Assembly: GCA_951406725.2 (NCBI GenBank)
Contig: OX597816.1
Coordinates: forward strand, 134,788,001-134,852,000
DNA length: 64,000 nt
Direction of reading: 5' to 3'
Source: Octopus vulgaris
Lineage: Eukaryota
Positions within the stretch are counted from its first letter, which is position 1; each line of letters opens with the position of its first letter. Below, piece after piece: positions 14,355 through 26,822 of the stretch. The position numbers and the translations under genes were made by a program. The notes beneath the pieces are model-generated. The model saw only the letters and a list, made by a program, of their open reading frames with translations, was not told the DNA's origin and did no database searches.

Positions 14355-14795
14355 TATATATATACATGTACATACATATGTAGGCTTATGGTTTGACGTC
14401 ACAACTATCCTGAGAACTGAAATCTTACCTTCATGTATTAGGCAACTAGAATCCGGACCAGTCTACTATGTCTCAGATATCCATATAACTTGCTTTCATA
14501 CATACATACTTACTTGTATTTACACATATGCATACATGCAATATACACAAAACACATATTCATATATTAGAATGTGTCGGTTTCAGGAAGGGCATCAGCG
14601 CTTAGAATACTGTTTGCACTTTGACACGTCTTGTTCAAACCATGCAAGTCTGGAAAGAGCAGACGTCAAAACGACGATACTGGTGACGATGAGTTCGATA
14701 ACGATGATGATGATGATGATGTTGATTACAATTTCGATACATAGTCATGGAAACAGACATTCGCAGATAGACATATGAACATACATTACGTAGAT

Positions 14796-14835
<40 letters not shown>

Positions 14836-14959
14836 AATCACACACACATACACACATACAAACTACTCACACACACACACGCACATATACACCACACGTA
14901 CATATACACCAAAGCACACCACACATACACACGCACATACACGTACACATACACACACA

Positions 14960-15090
14960 AACTACTCACACACACACACGCATGCACACGCGAACACACA
15001 CACACACGCATGCACACGCGAACACACACACACACGCATGCACACGCGAACACACACACACACGCATGCACACGCGAACACACACACACA
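14960..15090. repeat. Higher-order ~26-bp repeat derived from (CA)n
   Basis: CACACACGCATGCACACGCGAACA repeated 4 times. Confidence 0.8.
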
Positions 15091-15302
15091 CCACATTAAC
15101 ACATACACGCATAAACCGTTCACACACATGCATGCAACACGTGCGCACCCACAAACACACACGAACACACGTGCGCGCACAGACACACACACACCACACA
15201 TACACACCACACACACACCACACACATACACGCACAAACCACTCACAAACACGCACACAACGCGCGCGCGCGCCCACAAAAACACACACGCACACACACA
15301 GG

Positions 15303-15336
<34 letters not shown>

Positions 15337-15394
15337 AACACATACACACACATACACAGCACGCACAAACCCTACAACGCATGGAACACATATA

Positions 15395-16216
15395 CGAGGG
15401 AGTGCTGCTTAAAAGTTCCTGGCTTTGGGTAAAAGAAAATACAGGCGGATTAGTTAATTATGATTTTATTCAGCATATTCGGATCTTTTCCTTTTGAACG
15501 GCAGATGTCAACACAATTTCTAGTTAACTAAACACTTTTAAACTTCGTATACTGGTAGAATGTGTTTACAAAACATCATTTTCCCTTGGTTTTATTGAGA
15601 AAATCCTATAATTTGTAAGATATTTCGTCAAAAAATCCGAGCATTTCGGTAATTTTAACCAATCGATTACCTCCATTCAACTAAAATCCTTTGCTGCGTC
15701 TAAAACTGAAACAACATCCTGTAACTAACCCTAAACCTCCCCCCGCTAACCCTAACCCTAATTTTTTTTCTTAATTGTTGAATTAATTTAATTCTATTGC
15801 TTTAGTTTTTTTTTTACACGCGTAACAATTAAGAAAAAAAATTTAGGGTTAGGGTTAGGGGGAGGTTTAGGGTTAGTTACAGGATGTTGTCTCAGTTTTA
15901 GACGCAGCAAATGATTTTAGCTCAAAAGAGAGCATAGGATTGGTTAAAATTCGAAAAATTAAACTACGTTAAACAAACAAATTACAATTTTCTCAAGAAA
16001 GCCAAGAGAAAAAAATGTTTTATTTTGACACATTCTACCAGTATACGAAGTTTTAAAGTGTTTAGTTAACTAGAAATTGTCTGCCGTTCAAAAGGAAAAG
16101 ATCCGCATATTCCCCTTTGGTGTTTCTAAGCCCTGTAAATGAACTCAGAAGGTCGGGCCTCCAAGCGGGCCTTTCGCAAGAGTCTTCAAGCCAGGAACTT
16201 TTTCAGCACCCTTTCA
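15395..16216. mobile_element. Mariner-derived MITE (host of a nested element)
   Basis: TA|CGAGGGAGTGCTG..AAAAGTTCCTGGCTT ... AAGCCAGGAACTTTTTCAGCACCCTTTCA|TA imperfect TIRs with TA target. Confidence 0.75.
15481..16104. mobile_element. 624-bp fold-back MITE with 8-bp TSD and internal inverted TTAGGG repeats
   Basis: Perfect terminal TIR GGATCTTTTCCTTTTGAACGGCAG; arms extend imperfectly ~300 bp; TSD GCATATTC at 15473-15480 and 16105-16112. Confidence 0.9.
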
Positions 16217-16303
16217 TAACCATTGCTTAGAAATTGCAGCCAGGTGTGGGAACAACAAGAACCAGGTGTATTAGTTTGACACGCGGGAATATATATAAAT
16301 GTG

Positions 16304-16391
<88 letters not shown>

Positions 16392-16393
<2 letters not shown>

Positions 16394-16560
16394 GTCAAAT
16401 CGAATAAACGAACATTAAAAATAACAATAACGAAAAACGAGAGGACGTGCATATTGAATGTATTAGTTTGACGCTCGGCAAAAAGAGAATGCTTTTGACA
16501 TTTCGAGTATTGCTCTTCGTCGGAAAGGAAAACAGAAAAGTCCCAAAAAAGGGAAATCTC
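16392..16560 (-). mobile_element. PLE-like pLTR fragment with degenerate hammerhead-like motif
   Basis: Minus strand CCGACGAAGAGCAATACTCGAAATGTC; adjacent to TG/TA microsatellite; related termini at 20595-20645, 21540-21642 and 23715-23810. Confidence 0.45.
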
Positions 16561-16659
16561 ACCAACAGCAGGTATGCTGTTATGAATATACGTACACACA
16601 CGCACACACGTACACACACACACACACGTACACATACATACACACACACGCATCAACAC

Positions 16660-16717
<58 letters not shown>

Positions 16718-16861
16718 TCAAAACGCACATTAAATACAGGACATCACCAACGATGAAAAATACGTAAACACACGAGAGATAAGTACAGGATATGATACCA
16801 AAAGAAGCTAACTCGCTCGTCAGTTGTCAGTGTCAATAGAGGAAAGAATTGTTTCTTTTTA

Positions 16862-17835
16862 TTTGTGCACCTCGTCTGTTTGACTGAGCTGCAGTTCTGG
16901 ATCAAGCGCAGACCGAGGCGGGACGCCTAGCACCTAGAGTGTCGTCAGGCGCCCACAGTCCTCTATCAGTCGGGCAATGTAGTCGGTGGAAATTCCACTC
17001 TGGCATTCTATAGATGTTTAGTGGCGGTCTAGTGCGATGATGTTCTTGGGGAGACTCTGGGCGTCGACGAGAATCAGCTGGCTGGTCTGTTCTGGAGGAC
17101 TTTCGGTCTGGGGTCCATGGATAATTTCCTGAAATCCTTGACCTCGTGGGCTACCGGGAGCATTACCAGTTCAGAATAAACTCCACAGGCATTAAAGTAC
17201 CGTCGACCGGGCTTACCCGAGATGTGCGCAGTGTGACGAAACTCTTTTGCACGCTCTCGTGTAGTGCCAAAGCATTGCTAACCTGTGGGATTATGTCGAA
17301 TACTTGGGATTATGTCGAACATGTGTAGGGGTGATCCGGCTGTTAGCTGAATCCATTGTGAAGATTGTCCTGCCTCCTTCCTATGGTCGGGAAGAGCAGG
17401 CAATATTTATTTGTTTGGTAGCTTTAGCGACTGATGCTGTGTGGTGGACCAGATTGAAAGGGCTGAAGACAGATACTTTCTTCATTGGTCAAGCCCTCAT
17501 AAATTTTTTCAAGTTTCAGTTGAAATGGAAAGTGAGGGTAGAAAAAGAAGTGCTGCTTCCCAGCAATTTTGTTGAAAGGTGAGTGAATGTTGCACGAATG
17601 ATCCCAGTGAACGGGTTTACTTTAAGTATGAGGCTGTAAATTGAAAGAAAATGATGTGGAGGAAGCACTTGCTTTAATGGTCAGGATGACCGTGGTTTTG
17701 CGGGGTTTTCATCGTTAGTATTTATTTTATAATAATTTTTCTACTTTTTACACTCTTCGTTATGCAACCCCATATTGTATTGTCCAGTACCGTCATCAAG
17801 GTTGTTTTTTATTTACCTCAGTGGTAAATAAAGAA
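16862..17835 (+). pseudogene. 5'-truncated Tx1/L1-like LINE (ORF2 C-terminus and 3' UTR)
   Basis: Knuckle-like YPRCAQCDETLLHALV*C, then LAESIVKI...VWWTRLKG...FFKFQLKWKVRVEK, homologous to 58570-58850. Ends ..CAGTGGTAAATAAAGAA. Confidence 0.8.
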
Positions 17836-18065
17836 AGCATTATTATAAATGACACATCACTTTAAGTATGCATTGTCACACTGAGTGAACTTACGATAGG
17901 ATCTAACGAAGGACTTATTTAAACAATTACGTGACGAAGCGTATTTTACACCTTGTAGACATATTGGAAACACCTAGTGATTGCTTGATTTGTGTGTCAA
18001 GGACGGCTAGGACTTGACAACTACAGTACGAAGAAATGGAAAAACACCAATACCAGAAACGAGAG

Positions 18066-18097
<32 letters not shown>

Positions 18098-18137
18098 GAG
18101 AGAAAAAGAGAGAGGAGAGAAAGAGAGAAAGAGAGCT

Positions 18138-18935
18138 CATAGTGCAAATGATCTGTGATTTAAAAGAGGAGGTTTGCCCGGTGAAAGCAATCGTGCTTGC
18201 CCATCAAGGACAATGGATATCATGGGACCAAGCACTCGAGCGCCTATTATCTTGGAAAGAACTCTGAAACACTGGCCAGAGAAGAGTGTCCTTCGTCCTT
18301 CGTGCAGTCGCTGACCTCTGGCCAATGCCATATACGGAACATAGAAGAACCATCCTGCAAGCAGTGCAGAGCAACTCTTTGTACCCTGTAACACATTTTG
18401 ACGGGATGCCCTTGGACACTGGGAGAAAGCCGATACAAGTGGAGTCTTGACAAGATATTTGCATAAGTCTCCAAGTGGACTCATCTACAAAAGGTGAAGA
18501 CTGATAAAAACTCCAAAAAGTATCAAATGGAAAGCGACAAAGCTCTCAAGACGAACGCAATGGCTGGCGACTGGTTTTCTATTTTGCGTTCAAACTCAGA
18601 CTGAGAGATTCAAGCGGACCTGAAGGGCAGACATGTCTTTCCAGAGGTGATAGTGGTAAGATCACTCCGATCAGACATGTGCCTGCTCTCCAGAAGTACA
18701 AAAGCAATCATCGTAGTCGAACTCACAGCGTCCTGGGAGGACATACTCGATATTCCCCATCATGTAAAGAAAACGAAATATCAAGACTTAGTCGATGTGT
18801 CCCTTGTCAAGGGATAGCATGCGGCCTCATTGATCAATGAAGTTGGCTGGCGAGGATTTTTAGTAAGATCGGTGCTCTATTTCATAGAGAAGATAGGTTA
18901 AAAACGCAAATAACAGAAAAAAGCCATCTAGGAGA
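18138..18935 (+). pseudogene. Hero/R2-like non-LTR retrotransposon fragment with restriction-like endonuclease
   Basis: KAIVLAHQGQWISWD..LSWKEL, CKQC..TL*HILTGC, LRSDMCLLSRSTKAIIVVELTASWED, KKTKYQDLV, EVGWRGF: CCHC plus PD-(D/E)xK-type motifs; multiple stops. Confidence 0.8.
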
Positions 18936-18990
18936 TCAATATTTTACAAGTGAAACAAATATTTGACACGTCAGATATGCCATTAGAAAT

Positions 18991-19396
18991 TACTCTTTTA
19001 CTTGTTTCAGTCATTTGACTGTAGCCACGCTGGAGCACCGCCTTTAGTCGAGCAAATCGACCCCAAAACTTATTCTTTGTAAGCCTAGTACTTATGCAAT
19101 CGGACTTTTTGCCGAACCGCTAAGTTACGGGGACGTAAACACACCAGCATCGGTTGTCAAGCGATGTCGGGGTGACAAACACAGACACACAGAATATACA
19201 CACACATACACATATATTCATATACATATATTACGACGGGCTTCTTTCAGTTTCCGTCTACCAAATCCACTCACAGGGCTTTGGTCGGCCCGAGGCTATA
19301 GTAGAAGACACTTGCCCAAGGTGCCACGCAGTGTGACTGAACCCGGAACCATGTGGTTCGTAAGCAAGCTACTTACCACACAGCCACTCCTACGCC
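18991..19396 (-). mobile_element. SINE family C, full length
   Basis: Family consensus match. Confidence 0.9.
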
Positions 19397-19804
19397 TATT
19401 CTAGGAACTTTGTTGAAGATCGTGACGGTTCGTACGATTTATATGAAGTCCCTAAAGTACAAGTTGAAACCATTGATGACACTTATGAAAGCAAACATCA
19501 AACACCAATCCGGCCATTTGAGTTAAAAAAAAATTTTTTTTTTAAAGTTGGTAACACTAGTGTAGACCAGAAAGATCCTACTCTAATCATTGAATGGATT
19601 CCTGACATTCTACCAAAATCTCACATGAGAGAATTACGAATAAAATTTGAATACGGACATCAAAGAAATGGACATGTAGAGCACAGGTTGATAGCCGCTA
19701 CTTCACCTGAGATTCCAGTACAGACTATTCACGTTCAAGAAATTCCTTGAAAAACCATATTTTAGCTTGGTAAATTCTATCTACCCCAGCTGTTACTCTA
19801 AGAG

Positions 19805-20342
19805 GGTCACTCCCGTGAAACCCGGATTTGTGCAGCTCCCGGCAAACAGTTTTTGTGGAAACTGGCTTCCCGAGGTGGTCATTAAGATCTGCAGTAATTT
19901 TGGGAGCTATACTTTTGTGATCCTTGCTAACAATTCGCGTAAGAGTCCGACCTGTCCTTATCTGAAAGTATGGTTTTCTTCCGGAGGTTTGCTTCGACGA
20001 GGAGGTTTTTTCCTTCTTTCTCAAAGAATGTCATTACTTTCGAGACAGTACTTCTTGACACCAAACATTTCGGCTGTTTTCGTTACGCTAGCGCCTGCCA
20101 TACGAACACCAACAATTCGATCTCTTTGAAAGTCCAATATAGCTGTCGCTTTAATGAATTTTAATTACCCTTTTCTGATGATATCTGAAAATAAACAGCA
20201 ATTTCAGCAAAACATATTAAGCAACACTATTAATAAATTTTAAAAAAAACATAAAAATAAACAAGCTTTTCACGGTTTTATAGATATTTCAGAATTATTA
20301 TGCTATGATGCTAGGTGTTTCCATTATTTTGTTCAACCCCTG
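19805..20342 (-). mobile_element. Tc1-like transposon, 5' half (TIR and HTH region)
   Basis: TIR CAGGGGTTGAACAAAATAATGGAAACAC; DFQRDRIVGVRMAGASVTKTAEMFGV and SGRKP...TLTRIVSKDHK..KITADLNDHLGKPVSTKTVCRELHKSGFHG. Confidence 0.85.
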
Positions 20343-20465
20343 TGTGTGTATTTCAGCACGACGTGTATTTATAGTGAATGTATAATGAAATGTGGAAATT
20401 GATTTAAAATCTGTTCTCAGCATATTGGCATAGCAATAAATTTTCTTTTGCCCTTGTTTACAAGT

Positions 20466-20523
<58 letters not shown>

Positions 20524-20544
20524 ACTTATAAACAAGGGCAAAAA

Positions 20545-20599
<55 letters not shown>

Positions 20600-20905
20600 A
20601 TCCAAACAAGAAAACACAGAAAAAAACAGCAACGCGAGGACGTGATCGTTATGCAACAATAACATACTACAAAGTATATTAAAGAGTTATGTCAATACTG
20701 TGTCGTACCTGTGTTGGCAGTGCGATTCGATCTCTTTTAAAAGTTACCACTACAGATTTTCAATAGCCACCTCTGAAAGTTACGACGTTTTCTACCAGTT
20801 GCCAGTAATGTATTTAATAGGTAAATTGGTTTATTCAATTGTGTTACACCGCTAAATTTAGTGGCTATTTAAGCAATGTGATCGTGAATGGTTATTGGGT
20901 TGAAT

Positions 20906-20955
20906 GTGGCACTGAAGAAGGAGCAATAACTCCCGAAATATGCATATATAACCAC
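20906..20955 (+). ncRNA. Degenerate type I hammerhead ribozyme motif
   Basis: GTGGCA-CTGAAGA-AGGAGcaataaCTCCC-GAAA-TATGCATA-TA-TAACCAC; palindromic stem III, imperfect stem I. Confidence 0.55.
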
Positions 20956-21661
20956 TACCTATTTTTCTATTTTCGATCGCATCGTTAATATAGACGCATT
21001 CTTACACGAAACGCCGTAACTTTCGATGCTGAATCTAATTTCTATAGATAAATAGTTAGCATAACAATTCAATGACTGAAATAATCCAATGACTGAAACT
21101 AGTAAAAGAATAAAAGCATATGCGTATACATACTCAACATCGTATTGAGTATACTTATTCGGCTATTTGTAAAACTAAACGCGCGCGCGCACACACACAC
21201 ACACACACGTACACAGACACACTTAATCATACATACATATATGACTAGATTAAGATTTCTCTTGTGCTTACTAGTGTGTATTTGTGTACATAATTATCAT
21301 TGATTACGCAGAAAATGGAGTGAGAGGATTGGTGAGATCGATGCTGGTCAGATTGAACTCGTGTTAAGATGACACGTTGCCACATCCTCCATTTATCCAG
21401 CCAGGTGGCCATTTACACATCGATTTGTAAATAATATTGTCGTCGGTTACAAGGTTTCAACAAGTCAACCACTGCTTCTAAAATCCCCCCTCTCTCTCTT
21501 ACTATATATATATATATATATATATATATTCCTTCTTTCTTTCCTTTCCTGGGCGTCCAATAACACTATAATAACACTATACTTGTTCCACGTCCTCGCG
21601 TTGTTGTGTTTTCTCTTTGTGTTTTCATGTTTAGATTAACTATATATATATGTATACATAT

Positions 21662-22375
21662 ATAATTAATCAATATAGGGTGGCAAAAAAAATTTTGTAG
21701 AATTTTTTTGCCACCAGCGGCCTAGTGGGAAAAAATTAAATAGTCATAGACCATTTATAAGTTCAACATCACAATCAAGGAACGGCCATAATAGGCCATT
21801 CACCCACTAGAAATAACAGCCAAAGCTTCAACCGCAAAATAACATTAATTCCGCAAACCAGGAGAAAATTAAAAAACATTTACCCTGTAATTTCTTATAC
21901 GATGCACCGTTTCATCTACTGTTTAATGGTAAACTAACCTGATTAAATTAAATCAAGCCAATCTTCCATAGGCCCTTATTGATTAATTATGAATTTTCTG
22001 GTTGATTCCGTAATGGAATCGGCAGCTTATATTTATTTGCTGCCGATAAATTTGGCGCGAGTGCGATGATTTGAAAATTTTAGGTCAGATATTGCCGAGG
22101 CAGGGACAGAAATGCCTCGTGAAAATATCTGTTCCGATCTGGCTATTTCTTACTGACGAATCTAAGGGCCTATGGAAGATTGGCTTGATTTAATTTAATC
22201 AGGTTAGTTTACCATTAAACAGTAGATGAAACGGTGCATCGTATAAGAAATTACAGGGTAAATGTTTTTTAATTTTCTCCTGGTTTGCGGAATTAATGTT
22301 ATTTTGCGGTTGAAGCTTTGGCTGTTATTTCTAGTGGGTGAATGGCCTATTATGGCCGTTCCTTGATTGTGATGT
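21662..22375 (+). mobile_element. Non-coding hammerhead-containing element (retrozyme / non-autonomous PLE) with inverted partial copy
   Basis: 213-bp inverted repeat (21766-21978 / 22163-22375, no mismatch seen), 184-nt spacer, flanked by (TA)n; contains a hammerhead. Confidence 0.8.
22145..22251 (+). ncRNA. Type I hammerhead ribozyme (intact core, long stem II insert)
   Basis: Stem I ATTTCTTA/TAAGAAAT; CTGACGA; stem II ATCTA..TAGAT; GAAA; stem III CGGTGCATCG; GUA cleavage triplet (cut after 22243). Confidence 0.85.
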
Positions 22376-22544
22376 ATACATATATATATATACTTATACG
22401 CATATATCCGCTTAATGTTGACAGTCGGAAAAAAGTGTATTCAATACTAAATTTTATATCAATAATATATTTTATTGTTGCTTAAAGACCCTGCGCAACC
22501 AGTGGTGAAATTCAGAGTAGAAAGAGACTAACTTGACCAAAATG

Positions 22545-22582
<38 letters not shown>

Positions 22583-22583
<1 letters not shown>

Positions 22584-23230
22584 TTCTTTTATCGCTTTGG
22601 TTCAGTCGTTATACTGCGACCATACTGGGGCACCGCCTCGAAGTTTTTAGCCGAACAAATCGACCCCAGTACTTAGTGCTTTTTTAAGCTTGATACTTAT
22701 TCTATCGGTGGATTTTTGCTAAGTTACAAGGATGTAAACAAACCAACACCAGTTGCAAGTCGTATTAGGGGAGCTAGCAGAATCGTTAGCACGTCGGGCG
22801 AAATGCTTAGCGGTATTTCGGCTGCCGTTACGTTGTGAGTTCAAATTCCGCCGAGGTCGACTTTGCCTTTCATCCTTTCGGAGTCGATAAATTAAGTACC
22901 AGTTAAGCACTGGGGTCGATATAATCGACTTAATATCTATGTCTGTCCATGTTTGTCTCCTCTATGTTTAGCCCCTTGTGGGTAATAAAGAAATAGGTAT
23001 TAGGGGACAAAAGCACACACGCACGCGCGCGCATACACACACACACACTCAGACACACATACACACACGCACGCACATACATATACGGTGGAAGTTTTTC
23101 AGTTACCATCAAACAAATCTACTCGGTACTAGGATATAGAAGATATTTGCCGAAGATGTTACGCAGTGGGACTGAATTCGGAACCATGTGGTTGGGATGT
23201 AATCTTCTTACCCTATAGCCATGCCTGCGT
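22583..23230 (-). mobile_element. Degenerate SINE family C interrupted by a family M SINE
   Basis: Tail 22583-22760 and head 23085-23230 are colinear with the consensus. Confidence 0.75.
22773..22996 (+). mobile_element. SINE family M with 11-bp TSD
   Basis: TSD GTATTAGGGGA at 22762-22772 and 22997-23007. Confidence 0.9.
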
Positions 23231-25350
23231 GTGCATTACTAAACAATCTTATATATGGTCTATCATTATTTGACCTTGGCCTTCAAAAATAATTTGACCG
23301 GCAATTTAATAATGCCGTGTGTCTGTTTACGTGGAGGTAATTAGGGATCAAATGATATATTGTAGTATATCATTCAACAATCATCATTTTCCTTTCATTT
23401 TATTTTCCATTTGGTTGCAGGGTTGCAGCTTTTAGAAATAATTATTTAATGTTGCATATAAAGTATGAGACGAAGGTTCAAATTCAGTTGAAGTTATTTA
23501 TTTTTGTGGCATATGTATGCAAACTGTTGTTTTTCTCTATCGTCATCATCTGTAGACGCTTGTTTCGATGTGTACATATCTCATTTGTTACAACGGATGA
23601 TCATTGTGTTCGTAGTGCAACAGGCTCAGTAATTTACATAAGTACTGATTCCTTTGATGATAAAGACAATCTGTACAATTACTCAATAGAGTTCAAAGTT
23701 GTACAAAAGATAAAAAATAACAAGGCAGAAGTACGTGAGGAAATAACAAACGCTCAAGAAAATATACGTAGTTTTTGATATTTCGAGCCTATGGTCTTCT
23801 ACAGAAAATATGAGGTAAAAAGAAAAACAAAGAAGAGAGAAAAGAAAACGGAGTGAGAAAAGACGTGTCTAGAGTAATGGTTTCAATTATAACTCTTATG
23901 AAATGCTTCTCCTCATGCTTTAACTTTGGCACGGTGTTCTGTTGTAATACTATCTTGAAAATGAAATTATGCTAAACCACTTAGCAATGGGACAGGAGTT
24001 CAAGCAATCCATTTACATGAATGCATGAGTGAAGGCCAAATTGTCACAAAATGGAAAACATGCAATTAAGCGAAGAATTAAATCGAGACCTTCCGATACC
24101 CTCTCATTCGTCCTTACGCGGTTACTGATTCCTGTTTGAATAGCTTGCGTGGCAATCGATAAAGATCAATATATCAATAATTGAGTTCAATTGTTCAGTT
24201 CTTTTCAGTACATCTATTTGTTCGTGGACAATTGTATGTAGCTCTACAGAACTGCAGAGAGTGCTGCAGGTATAGTGACAATGTCGGGAAAAAAATATCA
24301 CCAACCTTGCGCACACTGGAATGTTTTAGTTGTAAAACTTTCTTCATAAATCTTGATAATTAATTCATAAAAATTAACCTATACATGTTTTAGTACTTTT
24401 ATTTGGTTTACCCACACATGTTTTTCATAATCATTATTCCTCATCTTCAAGAACTATTGCCGGGAAAAGCGAAAGAGCGGTCATATCCCTGTGTGTGTGT
24501 GTGTGTATTATGATGTACTTACTCCTTGTGTATCATATGACCATACGACCGTGCTAGAGATCTCATCTCCAACTACCCTCATCTGACAATTGTCTCTGGT
24601 TATGAAACTCTTAGTAAGTAACATGAGATAACATATTAGATTTACTCTAACCTAAGCATTGAGTGCTTTTCAGTCTAGCGTAAAGTTATTTTGTAATTAG
24701 AAGCATGTGAAGCCAGCAACTTGTTGTTGTTGTTGTTGTTAATAATGATAATATATGTCCGACGGTTACATACTCAGCTCGGCAAAAATGTTTCATAGTA
24801 TTACGGAGAAACCCTCAGGAATTTTCTTTTTCTCTTTCGTTTTTTCTTCTTCCAGATACGGACCCACAGTGGTTTTATCTAAAAATCACTTTTATTGATT
24901 TCATCAATCTAGAAAAATTTGCAAATATCATGAACGTTATTTTCTGTCCTCACACTAATCAATAACAGTAAAATAGCGGCCTGTGTATATTCGCAGTTAC
25001 ACATATAGTAATATATATATGTAAACACCTAAATATGCGTACGTGATATTGGAACAAAGTTTTAATTATGGATTTTATGATGTTAAACAAACAGGATATA
25101 TTTTAAGCTATCGTGCCATATCTCAAAAGTACACTTTGTCCTTTACATGTATTGTTATTTATTTTGAGACTTCTCGAAGTGTATCTTAAACTGCATACTA
25201 TTAAATAACCGACGCTCTTACGACTCTGCCATCTGACCACCTTAAACACACATGCACACAGTTATCACCTTCTCTCTCACTCTCTCTCCCTTTCCTCTTT
25301 GTATGCATGTATACATACATACCCATATAAACACGTGTATATATAGATCC

Positions 25351-25691
25351 GAAGGCGCATGGCTCAGTGGTTAGAGCGTCGAGCTTACGATCGTGAGGTT
25401 GTGAGCTCGAATCCCGGACCGGGCTGCGTGTTGTGTTCTTGAGCAAGGCACTTTGTTTCACGTTGCTCCAGTTCACTCAGCTGTAGAAATGAGTTGCGAC
25501 GTCACTGGTGCCAAGCTGTATCGACCTTTGTCTTTCCCTTGGATAACACTGGTGGCATGGATAGGGGAGGCTGGTATGCATGGGCGACTGCTGGTCTTCC
25601 ATAAACAACCTTGCCCGGACTTGTGTCTAGGAGGGTAACTTTCTAGGTGCAATCCCATGGTCATTCATGACCGAAGGGGGTCTTTACCTTT
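25351..25691 (+). mobile_element. tRNA-derived SINE (body A, tail Y)
   Basis: GGCGCATGGCTCAGTGGTTAGAGCG..CTCGAATCCC head; body shared with 3755-4000; distinct tail ending CATGACCGAAGGGGGTCTTTACC. Confidence 0.85.
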
Positions 25692-25753
25692 ATAAGTAGA
25701 ATCAACAAAAAAAAAAAAAAAAGAAGTACACCATCCACTGGGAAATAAATATC

Positions 25754-25966
25754 TATTCAATACACAACCGAAAGAGCGTCGAATAGTTTCATGCTTTTAT
25801 GATACTTTAACTACGCATATTTATAAAATACGCCGTGTATTTCCAAGCAATAACGCATAAACAGAGCCTGAAAGACTGCTTGGAGATAGATGGCGTATCT
25901 TATAAATGTGCATAGTTAAAGTATCATAAAAGCATATAACTATTAGTGGCTCTTTCGGTTGAGTAT

Positions 25967-25972
<6 letters not shown>
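25754..25972 (+). mobile_element. Old inverted-duplicated PLE/retrozyme relic with degenerate hammerhead
   Basis: ~80-bp imperfect inverted arms (25754-25834 / 25892-25972) next to (TA)n; AGAGC-CTGAAAGA-cTGCTT..AAGCAt-[GAAA in the other arm]-CTATTAG-TG-GCTCT. Confidence 0.55.
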
Positions 25973-26064
<92 letters not shown>

Positions 26065-26604
26065 CACACACATACACATATATATACACATACATATTTA
26101 TGCTTACATACATATATTAGTATTAGAAATGAAAACTCACGAATGCGTGTTTTTTAAAATATAAGAATGTAAGTCACCTTATACCTGTAATTATCATATT
26201 GCGTGTAGTGCTTGCATTAATTAAATCAGTCAGGTTGGTGAAGCATTTGCTATTAATGCAAAGTAGGCAGACCAATTTAGTCGTCAGAGAACGCGTATAC
26301 TGTAAATATCTATCTATAAGCAAATATTTCCTTCTTTGGTCAGGAAATGAGTAATCGATTTTTGATGAAGATGTAATAAGCGCTGAAATTATTCAGACCA
26401 ATCTCTTTTTCTCGCCATATGTATGTGTGTACCTTGAACCTCTTTTTCTTTTGATACTCCAAAGTCTACAACTCAGTTGGCTGGTTGGTTTGCGTACAAT
26501 TCTACTAGGTCTTACATATTCTTGCTTTTCCGCTTACAGAGTTTATCTGCAAGTTTTATGTCAGATATGCTTTCATTTATTGTTTCTAATATTTCAGGTT
26601 TCTT

Positions 26605-26822
26605 AAGGCGGGGTGATGGCAGAACTGTTAACACACCAGGCAAAATACTTAGCGGCATTTCGTTCGTCTTTGCGTTCTGAGTTCAAATTTGTCGAGATCG
26701 ACTTTACCTTTTATCTTCTCGGGGACGATAAAATAAGTACCAGTTGAACACTGAGGTCGATGTAACGGATTTAACCTCTTCCCCGAAGTTGCTGGCCTTA
26801 TGCCAAAATTTGAAACCAATAT
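26605..26822 (+). mobile_element. Diverged SINE family M variant (alternative tail)
   Basis: Head and core match; tail GGCCTTATGCCAAAATTTGAAACC. Confidence 0.8.

Noticed and set aside
15720-15880. Telomere or telomere-fusion site
   Set aside because: Only a few TTAGGG units, embedded in a TSD-flanked MITE.
23775-23810. Minus-strand CTGTAGAAGACCATAGGCTCGAAATATC hammerhead-like motif
   Set aside because: Core and stems are too degenerate; treated only as a probable pLTR relic.
25351-25425. tRNA-like sequences (also ~27586, ~9750-9826, ~3930-4000)
   Set aside because: They have A/B boxes but no proper acceptor stem and continue into SINE bodies, so they are SINE heads.
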